A stretch of 63,554 nucleotides of DNA, the filler included, from Bipalium vagum (lineage: Eukaryota): assembly GCA_037834085.1 (NCBI GenBank). It is 3 parts of 3 records of this genome, joined end to end, with 100 filler letters (N's around TTAATTAATTAA, not from the genome) between each part and the next. Parts side by side here need not be neighbours in the genome. Positions count along the whole stretch, not along the records: positions 18,390 to 46,759 come from JBBMKC010054665.1; positions 46,860 to 63,554 come from JBBMKC010097847.1; 1 more part is not named here. The stretch is one strand, 5' to 3'. Below the pieces are notes generated by a model that was not told the origin of the DNA, searched no databases, and worked only from the letters and a program-made list of their open reading frames with translations. The translations under genes were made by a program, and so were the position numbers. Positions 38,631-52,348 of this stretch are shown here, in pieces. Numbering within the stretch: the first letter of the stretch is position 1; each line of letters begins with the position of its first letter.

Positions 38631-39116
38631 GTAATTTATTACATTTGTCCAATATTTTGCAGATACGTATATCAGGTAAACAAAAATACTTGTATTTATA
38701 CATAGAATTTCAAAGAATATTGTTGAAGGTGTCATTATAGATTGTGTTTTTCAGTATTAATCCATATTTACTTTAATTATTAAAAGTTTAGAAATATTTT
38801 TTGAAATCATATTTAAGAATCTTATTTCAAATGGACACCAAAAATTCTTAATCCGATCTTGCTTATTACATGGTTTTCAGAATTTTTAATAAAATTTTCG
38901 AAATGTTTAGTTATTTTCGAACTTGTTTTTGGCAAAATTCATTTTTATCAAAACCATTTAGGCAATGGAATAAGGAAAATTGTCTTAAATATGAATCTCT
39001 TTGATCGGTGTATGGTCCAAATAAATATGCTCATCATATTCATAGTTTAGTAGAATCATTTTATTGTCGTATTTATAGGCGAGGGAATACATTTGTGTGG
39101 CACTGTATATGTATAT

Positions 39117-39592
39117 AGGGTGCGTCAGCTATTTGAAGACAAAAATTGTTAAAATATATCATAAATTTTTTAGTTTCGCTAAAATTGATTTACAATATTT
39201 ATTGATAAAACATTAAAAAATTATTTTTTAATATAGAAATAGAAGAGATCACTTTTGAATTAACACAAGAAATGAAAAGGCACGTAGTTATTGTTGCATT
39301 AGCCGCCGGACATGAGTCCTACTTCATGAGAAGAAGACATTTTGTATCGGCAAAAAGCAAAGAAAATCGTTTAATCCGCTCGAAGTGTCTTTTAAACAAA
39401 ATCAAGCATCCTGATCATCCAAAAATGCTATAGTTCTTTTCTGATGAAAAACCTTTTACTCAATATCAAAAGGTTAATAGGAAAAACGATTGATGGCCGT
39501 GCTCCAGTGCTTCTGAAGTCCCCAATGTTATGCACACCAAGTTTCCATCATCTTTAATGATATTGGGTGTTGTGAGCAACGAAGGTCATGTT
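39117..39592 (+). mobile_element. Internally deleted maT (DD37D, Bmmar1-like) element
   Basis: SYFMRRRHFVSAKSKENRLIRSKCLLNKIKHP...FFSDEKPF..QKVNRKND...HTKFPSSLMILGVVSNEGHV. Confidence 0.8.
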
Positions 39593-39749
39593 ACAAAATA
39601 GAATAAAACAAAAGAAGATTATTAAACATTTTATTCGTAACATGGATAGGTAATAATCAGTGATTTTTTCTGGTCCTCTTATTTTAATGGTAAAGATTTT
39701 AACAAGGTATTTTTAAAATTATAAAATTCAATAATTCTTACTGAACATT

Positions 39750-40890
39750 TTAATAATAAATATTTTCAAAGAAAGCATTATATTCTGAAAGTAATTATCG
39801 CTCAATTTCTTGTCTTTATCCATTTCATGAATTAATTTGTCTTTTGTGTCTTTGAAATTTCATCTTCGATAGTAAATTTATTTTTACATAAATTTTTGTA
39901 TCCTGCACTGTCCGTCAAAATTTTCTAATTACAAAGCTTTATTAAAGCAGTTTATTATGGTATGTGAAAAATTCCTTTTCGTGCTTCAGAAATATATTAT
40001 ATGACATCTAACCAATCAATTGTTTGGTAAAGAAATCTAGGCAGTCATTTTGATTAATAATTTTATTCAAGATAACAATTTTGGTAATGATTGATTTTTA
40101 TGACATTCATATCCAAATGTTGCATGAGTGCAGTAGTGTTCCTTGTCAAAAAATATAATTTCATTATTAGTTAATATAATTTTTGTGTTAGGTAGCTTTT
40201 AACACTCAGTAATAAATATTTTTTCGAAATTTTAAAATTTGAATTTAGATTAAAGATTTATGAACTAAAAATCTCATTCATCATCCACTCTTTTTAAATC
40301 AAGTAATATTGAACTCTAAAATTTAGTGGAATAATCTTTTCGGCATCTGAATTTTTTGTATTTCTCAAATTTTATAGGATCTAGTTTATTTTAACGAAAC
40401 TACTAATCCACGGAAAATTTCCTTTATTGTAATCATGTAAATAAAATTTAATAATTACACACCTGTAACAAAAAAATTTTTTCTTTTCCATCTTAATTTT
40501 TTAACTTTATTCAGTTACGCATGTTATAATAGGAAGGGTGACAAAATTTAACAGAAATCGGTTGAACCGTTTTAGACTTAAATCACTTTTAACAAAATAA
40601 AAAATGTCACAAAACTAGCAGTACTTTATTACGCAACAGTATGTTAACCAAAGAAAGAGGTGTTATATTCAATCTGTAAAATATTTAGCAAGCCTCCAAT
40701 ATAATGACAAAAATGCATTCCATCACGAGAAGAAAAGAAGCCCAGAATAATTTCGTTAAGTTTCACGATTTGCCTTATCGTAACACCAATTAATTGTGTT
40801 CGTATATGAGGATCTTTCCTAAACATTGAAAGAAATTTTTTTGATATCACCTTTCTCAGATTCAATAATTATATATATTCCCATGGTTTA
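39750..40890 (-). mobile_element. Degenerate pogo/Tigger remnant
   Basis: FLTRNTTALMQHLDMNVIK (FLPPNTT..QPLD motif); 40800-40890 resembles the pogo remnant near 29690. Confidence 0.55.
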
Positions 40891-42985
40891 ATTAAATTTG
40901 TTTGAATATCTCGGACTTTTGGTTAAATAAATAAATATTAAAATATTGGATAATAAAGCGATAGATGTTTATAATTCTATGACTATAAAATTTATTTTAG
41001 AATCAAATTAAATTTATAAATATAATTTTTAAACCAATTTCAGTCAATTAGCTAGCCCCATTTGTGGATGTTACTTTAGAGTGAAATTTACACCACTTGA
41101 AGATTTTACGAAATATAAATGAATTTAAATCACTCAGACACATTATATTTTAATTGCGCATTGATAAACTTTTACTTAGCAGATTTTTTTCTTCTAAATT
41201 TCATTTCAAATTTTTACTATTTTCTAATTTTCGACCTCATAACTTTAAGGTAAGATTTTTTGTCTTTGCTTTATTTGTAATTTTTATGTAATGTTTTTAG
41301 GTATACAATTCTAACTAAATTATGTGATTATGTGTGGTAATTTACTAATTTTAATGATATTATTATGATAAGGTTTTGAATAAATGTTTTCTAATTTGAA
41401 TATAACAATTTAACATTACAAGACCCACAAATGCGATTAGTCCTAAAATTACAGTAAATGTTTTTTAATTTTTATGAAACTTATGCATAACCTTAATAGG
41501 TCCTATATCAACTATTATAAACTAAGTAAGTCAAACTTCTTTGCCCTCTTGAATTCCGGAATAAAATGAATTAATAACAAATTTTAAATAACTCAATTAT
41601 TAATAATATTTTAATTACATAATAAATCGATAAATTTAAAAATATAATTGAAAAATCTGATTTTGTAATAATTTATTTTTTGAAAATTTAGGTTTTTCGG
41701 AATTTAAAAATAGATTATGGACTTGACACCCCCACTGATATTGATAATAAGTATTAAAAGTATGATTTAATTTTACTGGGTTATTTAAAATAACCAATAA
41801 ACATTAAAATTAAGATATTGATTTTAAATTTTACAATTTTTGATTTTTTTACCATTTTCTTTGATATAAATTTAATCGTAACAACAACATTGATCGTGAA
41901 ATTGATCTTAATATTTTCAAATTTTTCACTTTTAAATTTTGATAATATTTTTATTTCAAAATTTACGATTTTTATGTAAATTGATTTTAATTTAAGAGTG
42001 AAATTAAATGATAATTGTTTTTTCAATTTATTAATTAATTATCATATTTTGACAATAGTTATTTATATTTACTGGATAATTATCAGTGGCTATAATTGAA
42101 TGTTATATGTATTCAAAAAGTAACAGTTTTATGGAAAATATTTCCCTTTTTCTTTCAGTAGTCAGCTAGGTTTCATTTTATATATTTGAATTTAATTGGA
42201 ATTTTAACTCATTAACTGCAATTTTAAATTCCTAATTTGTAATCATGATTATTATAAAATTTTTTGGAATTCCGAAACTGATTATTAAAAAAAAATACTT
42301 TTTTAAATATTAAATTAGATTATTTAAATGCAATGTATAGTTTAAAATTGAAGAGTAGTCATACAGAATGACCTAATATTAGGCTGACACATAAGGAATG
42401 TAGTTTTTTTTATTAATTTCATATCAAATTAATTAACAAATTGTTTAAATATTAAATATCAATTGTTAAATATATAAAAATAATTTAATTTTTGAAGATT
42501 TTATGTAGTACCTTAATATTGAAAGTGTATTAATTTTTGTTAAAATTGATAGATAAAAATACTGAACGAAGATCAAATTTAACACTGATTTAAGAATTTC
42601 ATCTTTGTAAAATATTTTTAAAATTGACTTCTCAAAATTTTAATTATTGCAAAACTAAAAATAAATTGGTTGACTGGATAGATAATATCGATTTTTATTA
42701 TTTCTGAAGTTTATTATTAACAAAATTAAAATTAAAATCTATTAAAAAATTCTAAAATTATTAATAATTTAAAATTGATTTTAATATTAATTATTAGTAA
42801 ATGTTATCTTGTTGATTTTTATTATAAAATAACTTTATTATATGTAAATAAAAGGAAAAAAAAATGAACAAATACGAGTTATTGGATTTTAAATTATAAT
42901 GTAGTCATTATAGCAACCAACTAAATGTATTTGTTGTTACTAGCGATAAAGTTCTGAGTCTTCAAGTTTTAAATTAATTTTTCAG

Positions 42986-43519
42986 AAAATCGCATGGATC
43001 TCTGGTTTCAAGGAAATTTGCCATCTCCCAATACCATATCACCTTACATAGGCACAGAAAAACACGGAGCGTTTTACAATCCAAAAATTCCCAATGGAGG
43101 TCCAGTGCCGCCTCCTCAGTCATTCAATAATTTTAATCGAAATTCTCAAGCAACCAATTGCATTTCAAGTCATCGGCAACTAAACCAAATATGGCAGTCT
43201 CGGATGATGCAAAATCCAAACTGTTCCATTTCATCACAAACCAACACAAACAGTGCGTTCAATTCCAGTATCGACTCCAGTTCTATTAACAACAACAATG
43301 GTGGATCAACAACCATTAACAATGATATGGGCGGAGAGTCAATTTCCAGCAATTCGTCAAATTCAAAAATGCAAAGCACCTCTCATTGTTCCAGTGACCT
43401 TAGTGGCAATTGCAATTCAATTGCTAATAGCGCCATCACGGCTGCTGCTCTTTCATTGTCTCAAACTCAGCCTTCCGTTATAGGAAACAGAGTCTCTTCA
43501 GCATTTAGTTCCTCTCGTG
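42986..43519 (+). CDS. TNRC6: GW182/TNRC6 coding exon 3
   Basis: TTTTCAG| acceptor in phase 1, consistent with exon 2; S/N-rich open frame; donor G|GTATAA at 43520. Confidence 0.78.
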
Positions 43520-43582
43520 GTATAATTATTGTTTTTTCTAAATTCAGAAATTGGTTATATATTTTTTACACCAATCTCATAG

Positions 43583-43774
43583 ATATCTCAAATATTTCTG
43601 CCAATATTTCTGAATTTGTTCCAGGCCAACCTTGGCCTGGTATTAGTTACTCACAGCGCGATGATCCCAATGTAACATTGGGAGCTGGTCCAAGAAGCTT
43701 GTTATCGATTACCAATGATCATTTAGAAAAATTGACAAATTCCAGTGTCAATTCAATGAATGGCCCTATTGACG
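43583..43774 (+). CDS. TNRC6: GW182/TNRC6 coding exon 4 containing the PAM2 (PABP-binding) motif; gene continues beyond
   Basis: ISEFVPGQPWPGISYSQRDDPNVTLGAGPRSLLSI matches the GW182-type PAM2 EFxPGxPWxG...DDPxxTPG..RSxLSI; CATAG| acceptor, G|GTATGT donor. Confidence 0.88.
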
Positions 43775-46042
43775 GTATGTTACTTTTTAATTCATTATCA
43801 ATTTATATTTAAAATCAATAATTATTTTAATTTAACGCAATTAATAATTGAATGTTTATTGATGTTCTTTAATAAAATTGATCTGATATGAGGTCTTATC
43901 AAATAAATAATAAATTTCACAAAAAGCCGGCATAAATTTTCATGGGATCTTTGTTAAGTTTTCTTTGGTTAAATAAAATGCATACGTCACATTTTTCAAT
44001 ATTAATATTTCAAAATATCAATCGAACGAGAAAAAGGAAAGGAATGTATTGATTATTTTTGCAAATATATATATCACATTTAAGATTTCACAATTCAAAT
44101 TCCATGCAACTACAAATCACATCGAAAGAATTTTGAAAAAAAAGCAATATACGGAACTCATACTGTTATAGTAGAATCATATCTGTTTGAGTTAATGTTC
44201 GATCAAAATATTGTCCATTATGAATAAATATGGTGAGCTGCAAACTGCATAAGTTCCATGTTGACAAATCGTTAAAGGAATGAGTGTTTGGAAATAAAGA
44301 TGGTCCAAGGTGTGTCCGCCATTCATTGGCCAATTGAGATAAAAATCAGTATATTATCAAGTATAGGATTGTTGGGCAATTTTATATCTCTTCCGATTCT
44401 GTAAATTCAATTATTGTGTATGGAACTTTAAAATTTCCTTCTAAGCAGTTGGTGGAAAGAACACTTGTCAAAAACAACAGATTTGGTTTTCAATTAGATA
44501 GAGACCTTTATTATTAAAAATTTTTAATTTCTTCCAGCAAGTTAAAATATTTGACAGTCAACGTTTTGCCGAAAGTGGTTTTCGAAATATTTTTGGAGAG
44601 CTCAGAATTCTATATTTCAAGATAAACCAACTTATATACAGTTAACTAGCCAACATCGATAAAATTTTAAATTAAAAATTATCTTATCAATGTAATAAAA
44701 AAAGTTATTTTTAATTTTTCTAAAGATGAAACCATAAAACAGTACGAACATTACAATAAATTGCATTGCTCACCTTTTAAATGTATTTTGTGTCTTCTAA
44801 CTCGACTTTATTACTACTGTGTATAATCTATTGTGATTTCCATGCGCTATCTATGCTTTTAATCTCTTTTATTTCAATTTCTCAAAATATAATATTAATC
44901 ATATGAGATGATTTTGTCTTATTTGTATTGTTTATACACTTTAAATGACTAAAACTGAATAAATCAAGAATTTTGAAATTATTATGTGCAACCACTTACT
45001 AAATTTCTTTAGTTCTTGATAAAGTCTCACATTGAATGAAATGTATGGAAATGTAATGGGAACAACAATTTTGAAATATAATTGAGAATTCTTCATTCTG
45101 ATCGTCAACATCACTTAAAATTTTAACAAAAAAACATCGATGATCATTTTTTTGGCTTCCAAAGGGTCGAGAACTATAGGATTGCGATAAAAAATTTAGT
45201 AGATTGAGACAAGAAATTCAATATAATCATCCAAAACAGTTCTTGGAATTCGAAGAGAGGCTTGGAAAGAAAATAAAAAAGTACCTCCTAAGAAATAAAT
45301 TGGTTCGTTTCAAAAGAATAATTTTGGTTTTTAAAGTACAGATTGATCTTTTCACCGATGAAATGTTCAATTTTGAAAGCAATTACGGTTTCCGAGACGG
45401 ACTAAAGTAGATTCTGTGTCTTCTGTTATGATTAACAAATGTCCATATGGATAAAAATAAAATTTTTATTTTAAAGAACATTTTAATCAGTTTATTATAA
45501 AGATCGAATTAGTAGTTTTATTGTAATTTATAAAATGTGAATTAAAGGAAATCCATATTTGAGACAGGGTTAATCTTGGATAATGAAATTTGTCCATTTA
45601 AAATGACGTGAGATGCAGAAATTCTTGAAGAAACCAAAGATAATCATCAAAAGTCACTCTAATGATGAAAAAATAATTTTAAAAGTGGAAAACTCGATTC
45701 TTTAAGAAATACCATCTATTAAATGAGATAAAGGCAGTAGTCGCAGAAAAATAGTTGATCAAGATTTCATCAGGATAATGCGAAATCATATGTATATCTT
45801 TTAAAAAACGTTTGATTGCAGAATGGTGGATATTTTAACCATGTTTATTCTGTTAGAATTATTGTAAATGGTGAAAAATATTTTAAATTATAATTATATA
45901 AACATTGGAGGAATACATAATTATTTTTACAAGAACATTAATATTATTTGATTTTCAATGATAACTTAAATTAATATTTAATCTAGTTTATTATTGGTAT
46001 TATTTTCAAAAATACCATATTGACATCATATTTTGATTTTCT

Positions 46043-46560
46043 TGTTATGACAATTATACACAGATATAATTCTGTAAAATAAGAAGAGAAGAAATTAAAT
46101 TTCAGAGAGTAAAGAAAGGAAATTGGTTGACATAATCATTCAGACCAATGATATAGATTGACTGACAAGTCGAGGAAACCACTAGAAGAGTATATAAACA
46201 GTGAGTTAAGAAGGCAGGTTATGTTGAAAAAATCAATAATGAGTCTCTTATATTTACGATTTTTTAACTTTTATTTGATTGATGCAGACTTGTATGTCCC
46301 AATAGACAAAGGTGTGCTTCTTTATTGATGTGCATAAATTATCTGCTTGTTGATAAAACTTTGATTTAATTGTCTATCCGACTATCCTGTCTTTTTATTT
46401 GATCTTAAGACAAAATAAAATGTGAAAGTTTCCTAGTCTCTCTCTATTGGTGAGTATTAATATTTAATCTAAAGGGTTTTTTGTTTAGGATCTCTGATAA
46501 AAAAGTCATCAGTTAAGAATTCAGTAAAGTCTTCAAATTGAATAATCAATTAACTTAACA
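46043..46560 (+). mobile_element. Possible ~520-bp solo LTR
   Basis: TGTTA...TAACA ends, internal TATATAAA (~46191) and AATAAA (~46414); no TSD found. Confidence 0.3.
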
Positions 46561-46705
46561 CATTAACGTTTTGTTTTATTTAAGTTTAAGTTCATTTATC
46601 TAATTTTTTATTAATAAAAAACATTATTCATAAACAGTCTTTATATCTTGGTTCCACGAAATATTGTAAATACATTTTTTATATTGGACTTGGGATTTTC
46701 TACTG

Positions 46706-46759
<54 letters not shown>
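46706..46759. repeat. (AAT)n microsatellite at a contig end
   Basis: About 18 perfect units running into the gap. Confidence 0.95.
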
Positions 46760-46859
46760 NNNNNNNNNNNNNNNNNNNNNNNNNNNNNNNNNNNNNNNNN
46801 NNNTTAATTAATTAANNNNNNNNNNNNNNNNNNNNNNNNNNNNNNNNNNNNNNNNNNNN
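46760..46859. other. Assembly gap with artificial linker (N44-TTAATTAATTAA-N44)
   Basis: Same 100-bp structure as 18290-18389. Confidence 0.97.
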
Positions 46860-47069
46860 TTTTTCTCCAACCATACTAGCACAGATTAGCAATGTAACCC
46901 GATCCTTGGCAATTTTACAACCTGCCAATTGATTTTATTTAAATTTATTAAGTATTGTTATGTAATTAATTTCTGGGAAATTTATTTGAAAATAATTTAT
47001 TTAAATTAAAAATAATTTATTTAAAAACTAAAATAATAAATATAACAATTTTGTTTAATTATAAATACT

Positions 47070-47950
47070 CAATTGTTGAAAGCCTTGAAAATCAACCAGA
47101 TTTTGGTCGCCAAAAAGATCTTGATGACACTGTCCTGAAGAGTCTGATTGAAAAAAATTCTCGAGTAACCGTTCGGGAGGCTTGCAAGGAATCTTAATTT
47201 TGGTCACAGCAACATTGAGAGCGGACTGAAACGTTTTGGAAAGACAAGAAAGCTCGAAAAATGGGTACCTTATGAATTAAAAGAAAAGCACATAAATCAC
47301 CGTTATGAGGTCTGTTCAAAACATTTGCAGTGCACCACAATCCTACCTTTTTTGATCGGATTGTGATCTGCGAAGAAAAATGGATACTACGACAATTGGA
47401 ATTGTTCAGGTCAAGGGTTGGACCATAATCAGACTCCTGCACACTTTCCGAAGCCAAAGCTGCATCCACAAAAAGGTTATGGTTACTGTTTGGTGGTTTG
47501 CTGCTGGACTAATCTACCATAGTTTTCTCAATTCGGGCGAAACCATCACAGCAGAGAGATACTATCAGAATATCGACAAATGCACGACAGAAAAAGAAAT
47601 GCTCGTCCACACATTTCAATGATCATGCGCCAGAAATATCGCAACTTAAGCTCTAAAATACTCGACCATCCACCTTTCGTCCACGGACTACCACTTTTCA
47701 AAGATTTCAACACTTTTTTACGCGACAGATAGTTCAAGAATCACGACGATGTCCACCAGGCCTTCAACGACTTTATCGATTCCAGAAATCCAGAATACTA
47801 TGCTACCGGAATAAATAATCTTGCCACTCATTAGCAGAAATATATTAATGTTAGTTGTACTTGTTTCGATACATAAATGTTCGTTTTACTTTATTTATAA
47901 CAGTTTGAACTTGAACGTTGGAAAGCGATATTTATTTCCGCCCAACCTAA
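47070..47950 (+). mobile_element. 5'-truncated mariner (cecropia/Hsmar1-like)
   Basis: KWVPYEL, FDRIVICEEKWILR, KKVMVTVWWFAAGLIYHSFLNSGETITAERY; right end ...CCCAACCTAA|TA. Confidence 0.88.
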
Positions 47951-49962
47951 TAATTTACACTACATTATTATTAGTATTATGATTTTTTAATGTTGAGTTA
48001 TCGTCCAAAATGTAGAGCTCTTTTGTCGCTCTTCAATTGTATTCTCTTAATTTATTTCAACTATTAATAATAATTAATAATAGGTGAATTTTTACTCCTT
48101 GGAAAAGGCATACTCTATTGTCGGTAATATTAAAAAATGAAATGAAATTTTTATTTTAATTTATTTTAGAAATCTTTTAAGAGATAAAAATTATAAAATT
48201 TTAAAAGAATTACACGACAAGAATATTCTCAATGCTTTTTTAAATGAACCAATCGAAAACAATAAGGTTTGTTTATTATAATTTTTAAAATGAATTATTT
48301 ATTCTGGCGGATAAATTAAATTTCAATTTATTTTTATTTTTTAAATTCTGAACCTATTTCTTGAAGGTATTCCTTCCTAAACCTTTTTAATTCTTAAAAG
48401 TCCGAATTACAAATTAAAAGTACCGCCTTTTCAAATTAAAATGTTAAAACCATAAAAAAATATACGAATAAAAAAAATAAAAGAAGTATTTGATTCTCAG
48501 AAAGATAGGATGCCTAATTATAAAAAACAACAACCAAATTCTTGAACGATAAATTGGTATCTTTAAGTGTTATTCAGGTTTTTTCGGTCTTATTTTTTCG
48601 AAATTTCCAGAAATTAACCTTTCCTATATATATTTTTTTAATTGTAAAAATGTAAGATCAAGGTCTAATAAAAGAATTAATAAATCATGAAAAGTTAATA
48701 ACATTCCAGGAAGATCAGCAACTAAGATCAATAAGCTGTCTCAAATATAAAGCTACAAATTTTCATGATTTATTGAAACCGTTAGGAATCAGTTAATATG
48801 AACCCAATAGTACAGGTATTTTTTAAAACTAAAAAAATGCCTATGGAAAGTACAAATGAATACAGTCAGAATTGGTTTTTCACTCTTGTTTCTGTTTTAA
48901 TAAATAGATTTTTGGACATTTTTGTGAATGGAAGAAAGATGACAATAAATATTTCCAAAGAAGTTTGCAACAAAAAATTGATTTAAATGATAATTATTTC
49001 ATTAAATAATTTTTTTTTTCATAATACAGTTCCACTCTCATTAGATGTTTCACATGAAAACCCATAATATATTTCATTTATTCAATGCGACATAATTTTT
49101 AAAATTCATTTGAAAGATTGGAAAGATGGTTAAGTTTTGATCAAGAAATTATACAGATGAAGCCGGTTATTTAATTGATTCCCATTTGGGGTTGTTAGAT
49201 TTAATTCCTCCGAAAGTTTTCAAGAGATTATTTTTAAATTTATGACATGCTACCTGAATAATTTATTTTTAATTGGAAAAATTTATTTATATTCATAAAA
49301 TATTTTTTAATTCTTTTTCCTTTAGCCTTATTTGAATATATTAGCAGAAGGATTTCCGAATTTAATCAACGAGATTGAAATAATTTTTAAACTTAATAGT
49401 TCTGCCTTAGTGAAATGTTCATTTTTTGTTTTATTGGCTGAAAAAAACCTCAAAACCTTTCATGATTTTTTCTTTGAATTCTTACCAAAATTTAAAGTGG
49501 ATAAAAATCTCCTGTTCAAAGCATGTATAGAGAAAGATTCAAAAAATAAATCAGTTGAATCAATTATCCAATCCAGTAAGTTTATTTTAATATCAACTTT
49601 ATTAATTTTATATAGATTCAAACATATTTTATCGGAAATATTCTATGAAAATTCAAAAATTTATTGATTCTGAAAAAGCTCTATAATGCAACAGTCTTAG
49701 ATTGTGTTCTTACAATTTTTCGAAATTTACGTTGAAGGGTGAATCTCAAAAAATGATGATATCTTTTAAGAAAAGCTGTAAAAAAGTTTTAGTTTTAAAT
49801 AAATTTTTTTCACAAGTTAATTTTTGTATGATGATAATTTAAAGTTATGTGAGTAATTGAGTACGATTAATGTTGGAATCTATATTAGGTTATAAAGAAA
49901 GTACTGGCGGTTTTTATGAATTCATCAATTGTTAAGTGAAATTTTGTGTTATTAATATCATA

Positions 49963-51230
49963 CAGTATAATTCGTCTAATCCGGATCACTGGGGACCGAA
50001 AAATGTATCCTGATTAGACGAATATCCTTAAAAACACTTACGCAATAATGTCACATCACAATTTAAAAAAACTTTCATTATACAGTAATAAATAATTATT
50101 AAACCAGATTGAAACTTTTGATGATAATAATTAAGTGGTTTTCGAAATATATAATAAATAAATATTGAATACTAATGAATAAGCAGAAGAGGGAAAAAAG
50201 TTAAATAATACAAGATTAAAATGTAATACTTATTCAATTTGAAAAAAATCCGTTATTTGAGTTTGTTTCAAAACTTGAATCATTCCCATATTGACTTTGT
50301 TCTATTCTCTATTGCATCTACTTAGCTTTTACTAAATCCCTCGTGAGTTTGAATGAATAAATGTACCCTTTTCAGTGCCTGAGTAACATCATTGAAGGAA
50401 AGAACAAAAACCTCTTCAGAATCATCTAGATTATTATCAAATCTGGATTTTCAAGAGTATTTGGTATCATAGCATTCTGGTTTGTTAAACTCAATATATC
50501 ATTGTTTGAAATTCCAGGTGAGGTAATCAAGTCATTATCAATTTGAGTATACTTTTCAAAAGTGACATCAACTGATATTGGTAAAAATAATTGTAATCGA
50601 TCAAATATATTATCAATATTACTTTCTCTTGATTATAGTGGTTGATGAATTATTGAGCACATCAAAATTCACATGTTGAAAACAATTAATTATTGCCTGT
50701 TCAGAATCATCACCCTAAACTTGCTTAATAGTGTTGAAAAAGTTGAATGAAAAACGTGTATTATTTTCGTAAAATTTCAGCATTAAATGAACTAATCTCT
50801 TTCGGTAATTTTGTTTCATTACATTAATTATATCTGCATCAAGAGGTTGAATTTTTGACGTAGTGTTTGGTGGTAAAAAGAAGAGTTCAACATTTGTAAG
50901 TCCAGAAACTGTTGGATGCGCTGTGAACCTATCCAAAATCAAAGCCACTTTTCGGTTTTTGGATTTCATCTCCTTATTCAAAGGGTAGAGAAATTCCGTA
51001 AAAATTTCACAATTCAGGTAAGGGGTGGTCTTAAAAATTTTCCAATAACCAGCAGAGAAAATTTCTTACCTGACATACTTACACATACTTACACATACGC
51101 TCTTTTGTTTTTTTACCAACATGAACTTTTCATCCCTGAAAACGTGAGTTGTACCTGGTGTCATTACCCACATTATCCACATTCATCACAGTTAAGTATA
51201 TTATCTGATGAATATTTTGTTATGATATCT
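49963..51230 (-). mobile_element. pogo/Tigger element, 5' part missing
   Basis: TA|CAGTATAATTCGTCTAATCCGGA terminus; KYSSDNILNCDECG, KVALILDRFTAH, FFLPPNTTSKIQPLDADII. Confidence 0.85.
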
Positions 51231-51320
51231 TTTTTTGTAATATAATCTTTTAAAAAGATAAATCAACAAAAATTTTTAATAAAGAAAAATTAGTTAAAAT
51301 TTTAGGCATTTGAAAACGAT

Positions 51321-52348
51321 ATGAACGACATCAAAATTAGAGCAGTGTTCCTTTATGAATACAAAATGGGTGATAATGCTGGACAAACCGCTCTAAATCT
51401 GAACAGCAAATGTGAAGAAAGTACCACTAGTGAACATAGTGCTCAACGCTGGTTTCAGAGATATAAGGATGGAGATGAACATATCCAAAATAAAGGTGAT
51501 CGTGAATTAAAATCTTTCATCTCTAATGACGATTTGAAGACACTATTTGAGACTGGTCAGCCTACAAATGTTCAGGAGCTTAGCTGTACACTGGGTCTTG
51601 CACCTATAACTGTTTCGAACCATCTGAGAGAAATTGAAGAGTCAAAGAAACTTCACAAATGGGATCCATACGATTTTAAACCAAAATATATGACGTTTCA
51701 AGATGTTGTCAGCACTTCTTTGAGCATTTAAAAAGAACCTTTTCTCGATTGCATTGTGACATGTGATGAGAAATGGATCCTGTACAACTCCGTCGACGTT
51801 CTCAGCAGTGGTTAGATCGACATGAATGTCTTAAACCTAAGCTGCACCAACAGAAGGTTTTGATGGTGTTCCACTGATTTGATCCATTTTAATTTCTTGA
51901 AGTGTCGTCAAACAATTACTGCCGAAAAGTATTGTGTGGAAATCGAAGAAATCTTTCAATAACTGAAGGGTATCTACCCACCCTTGGTCAATAGAAAGGG
52001 CCCATTGATCTCCATGATAACGCTGGCGTTCAAAAATTGAACTAGCTTGATATTGAAATTCTGTCTCACCTAGACTACTCATCAGACCTCTCGCCTATTG
52101 ATTATTATCTCAAACATTTGGACAAGTTCTTCAGCGATAAAACCTTCAATGATGATGCTGTCATTAAAGCCATTTGTAAAATCTAGAACACAACATTTTT
52201 ATCGAATCTGGATAAATAAGCTTGTGAGTCGTAGGCAGAAATGTGTACGTTGTAATGGTTTTTATTTTGATAAATAAAATTTTGTTTAGGCTGTTTTTTC
52301 ATTTGAAATTCTATGTTAGAAACCGCTATTTATTTCTTTACAACCTAA
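51321..52348 (+). mobile_element. Mariner (cecropia-like) pseudogenised element
   Basis: IRAVFLYEYKMG...AQRWFQRY, KWDPYD, IVTCDEKWILY, LHDNA; right end ...CAACCTAA|TA. Confidence 0.88.
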
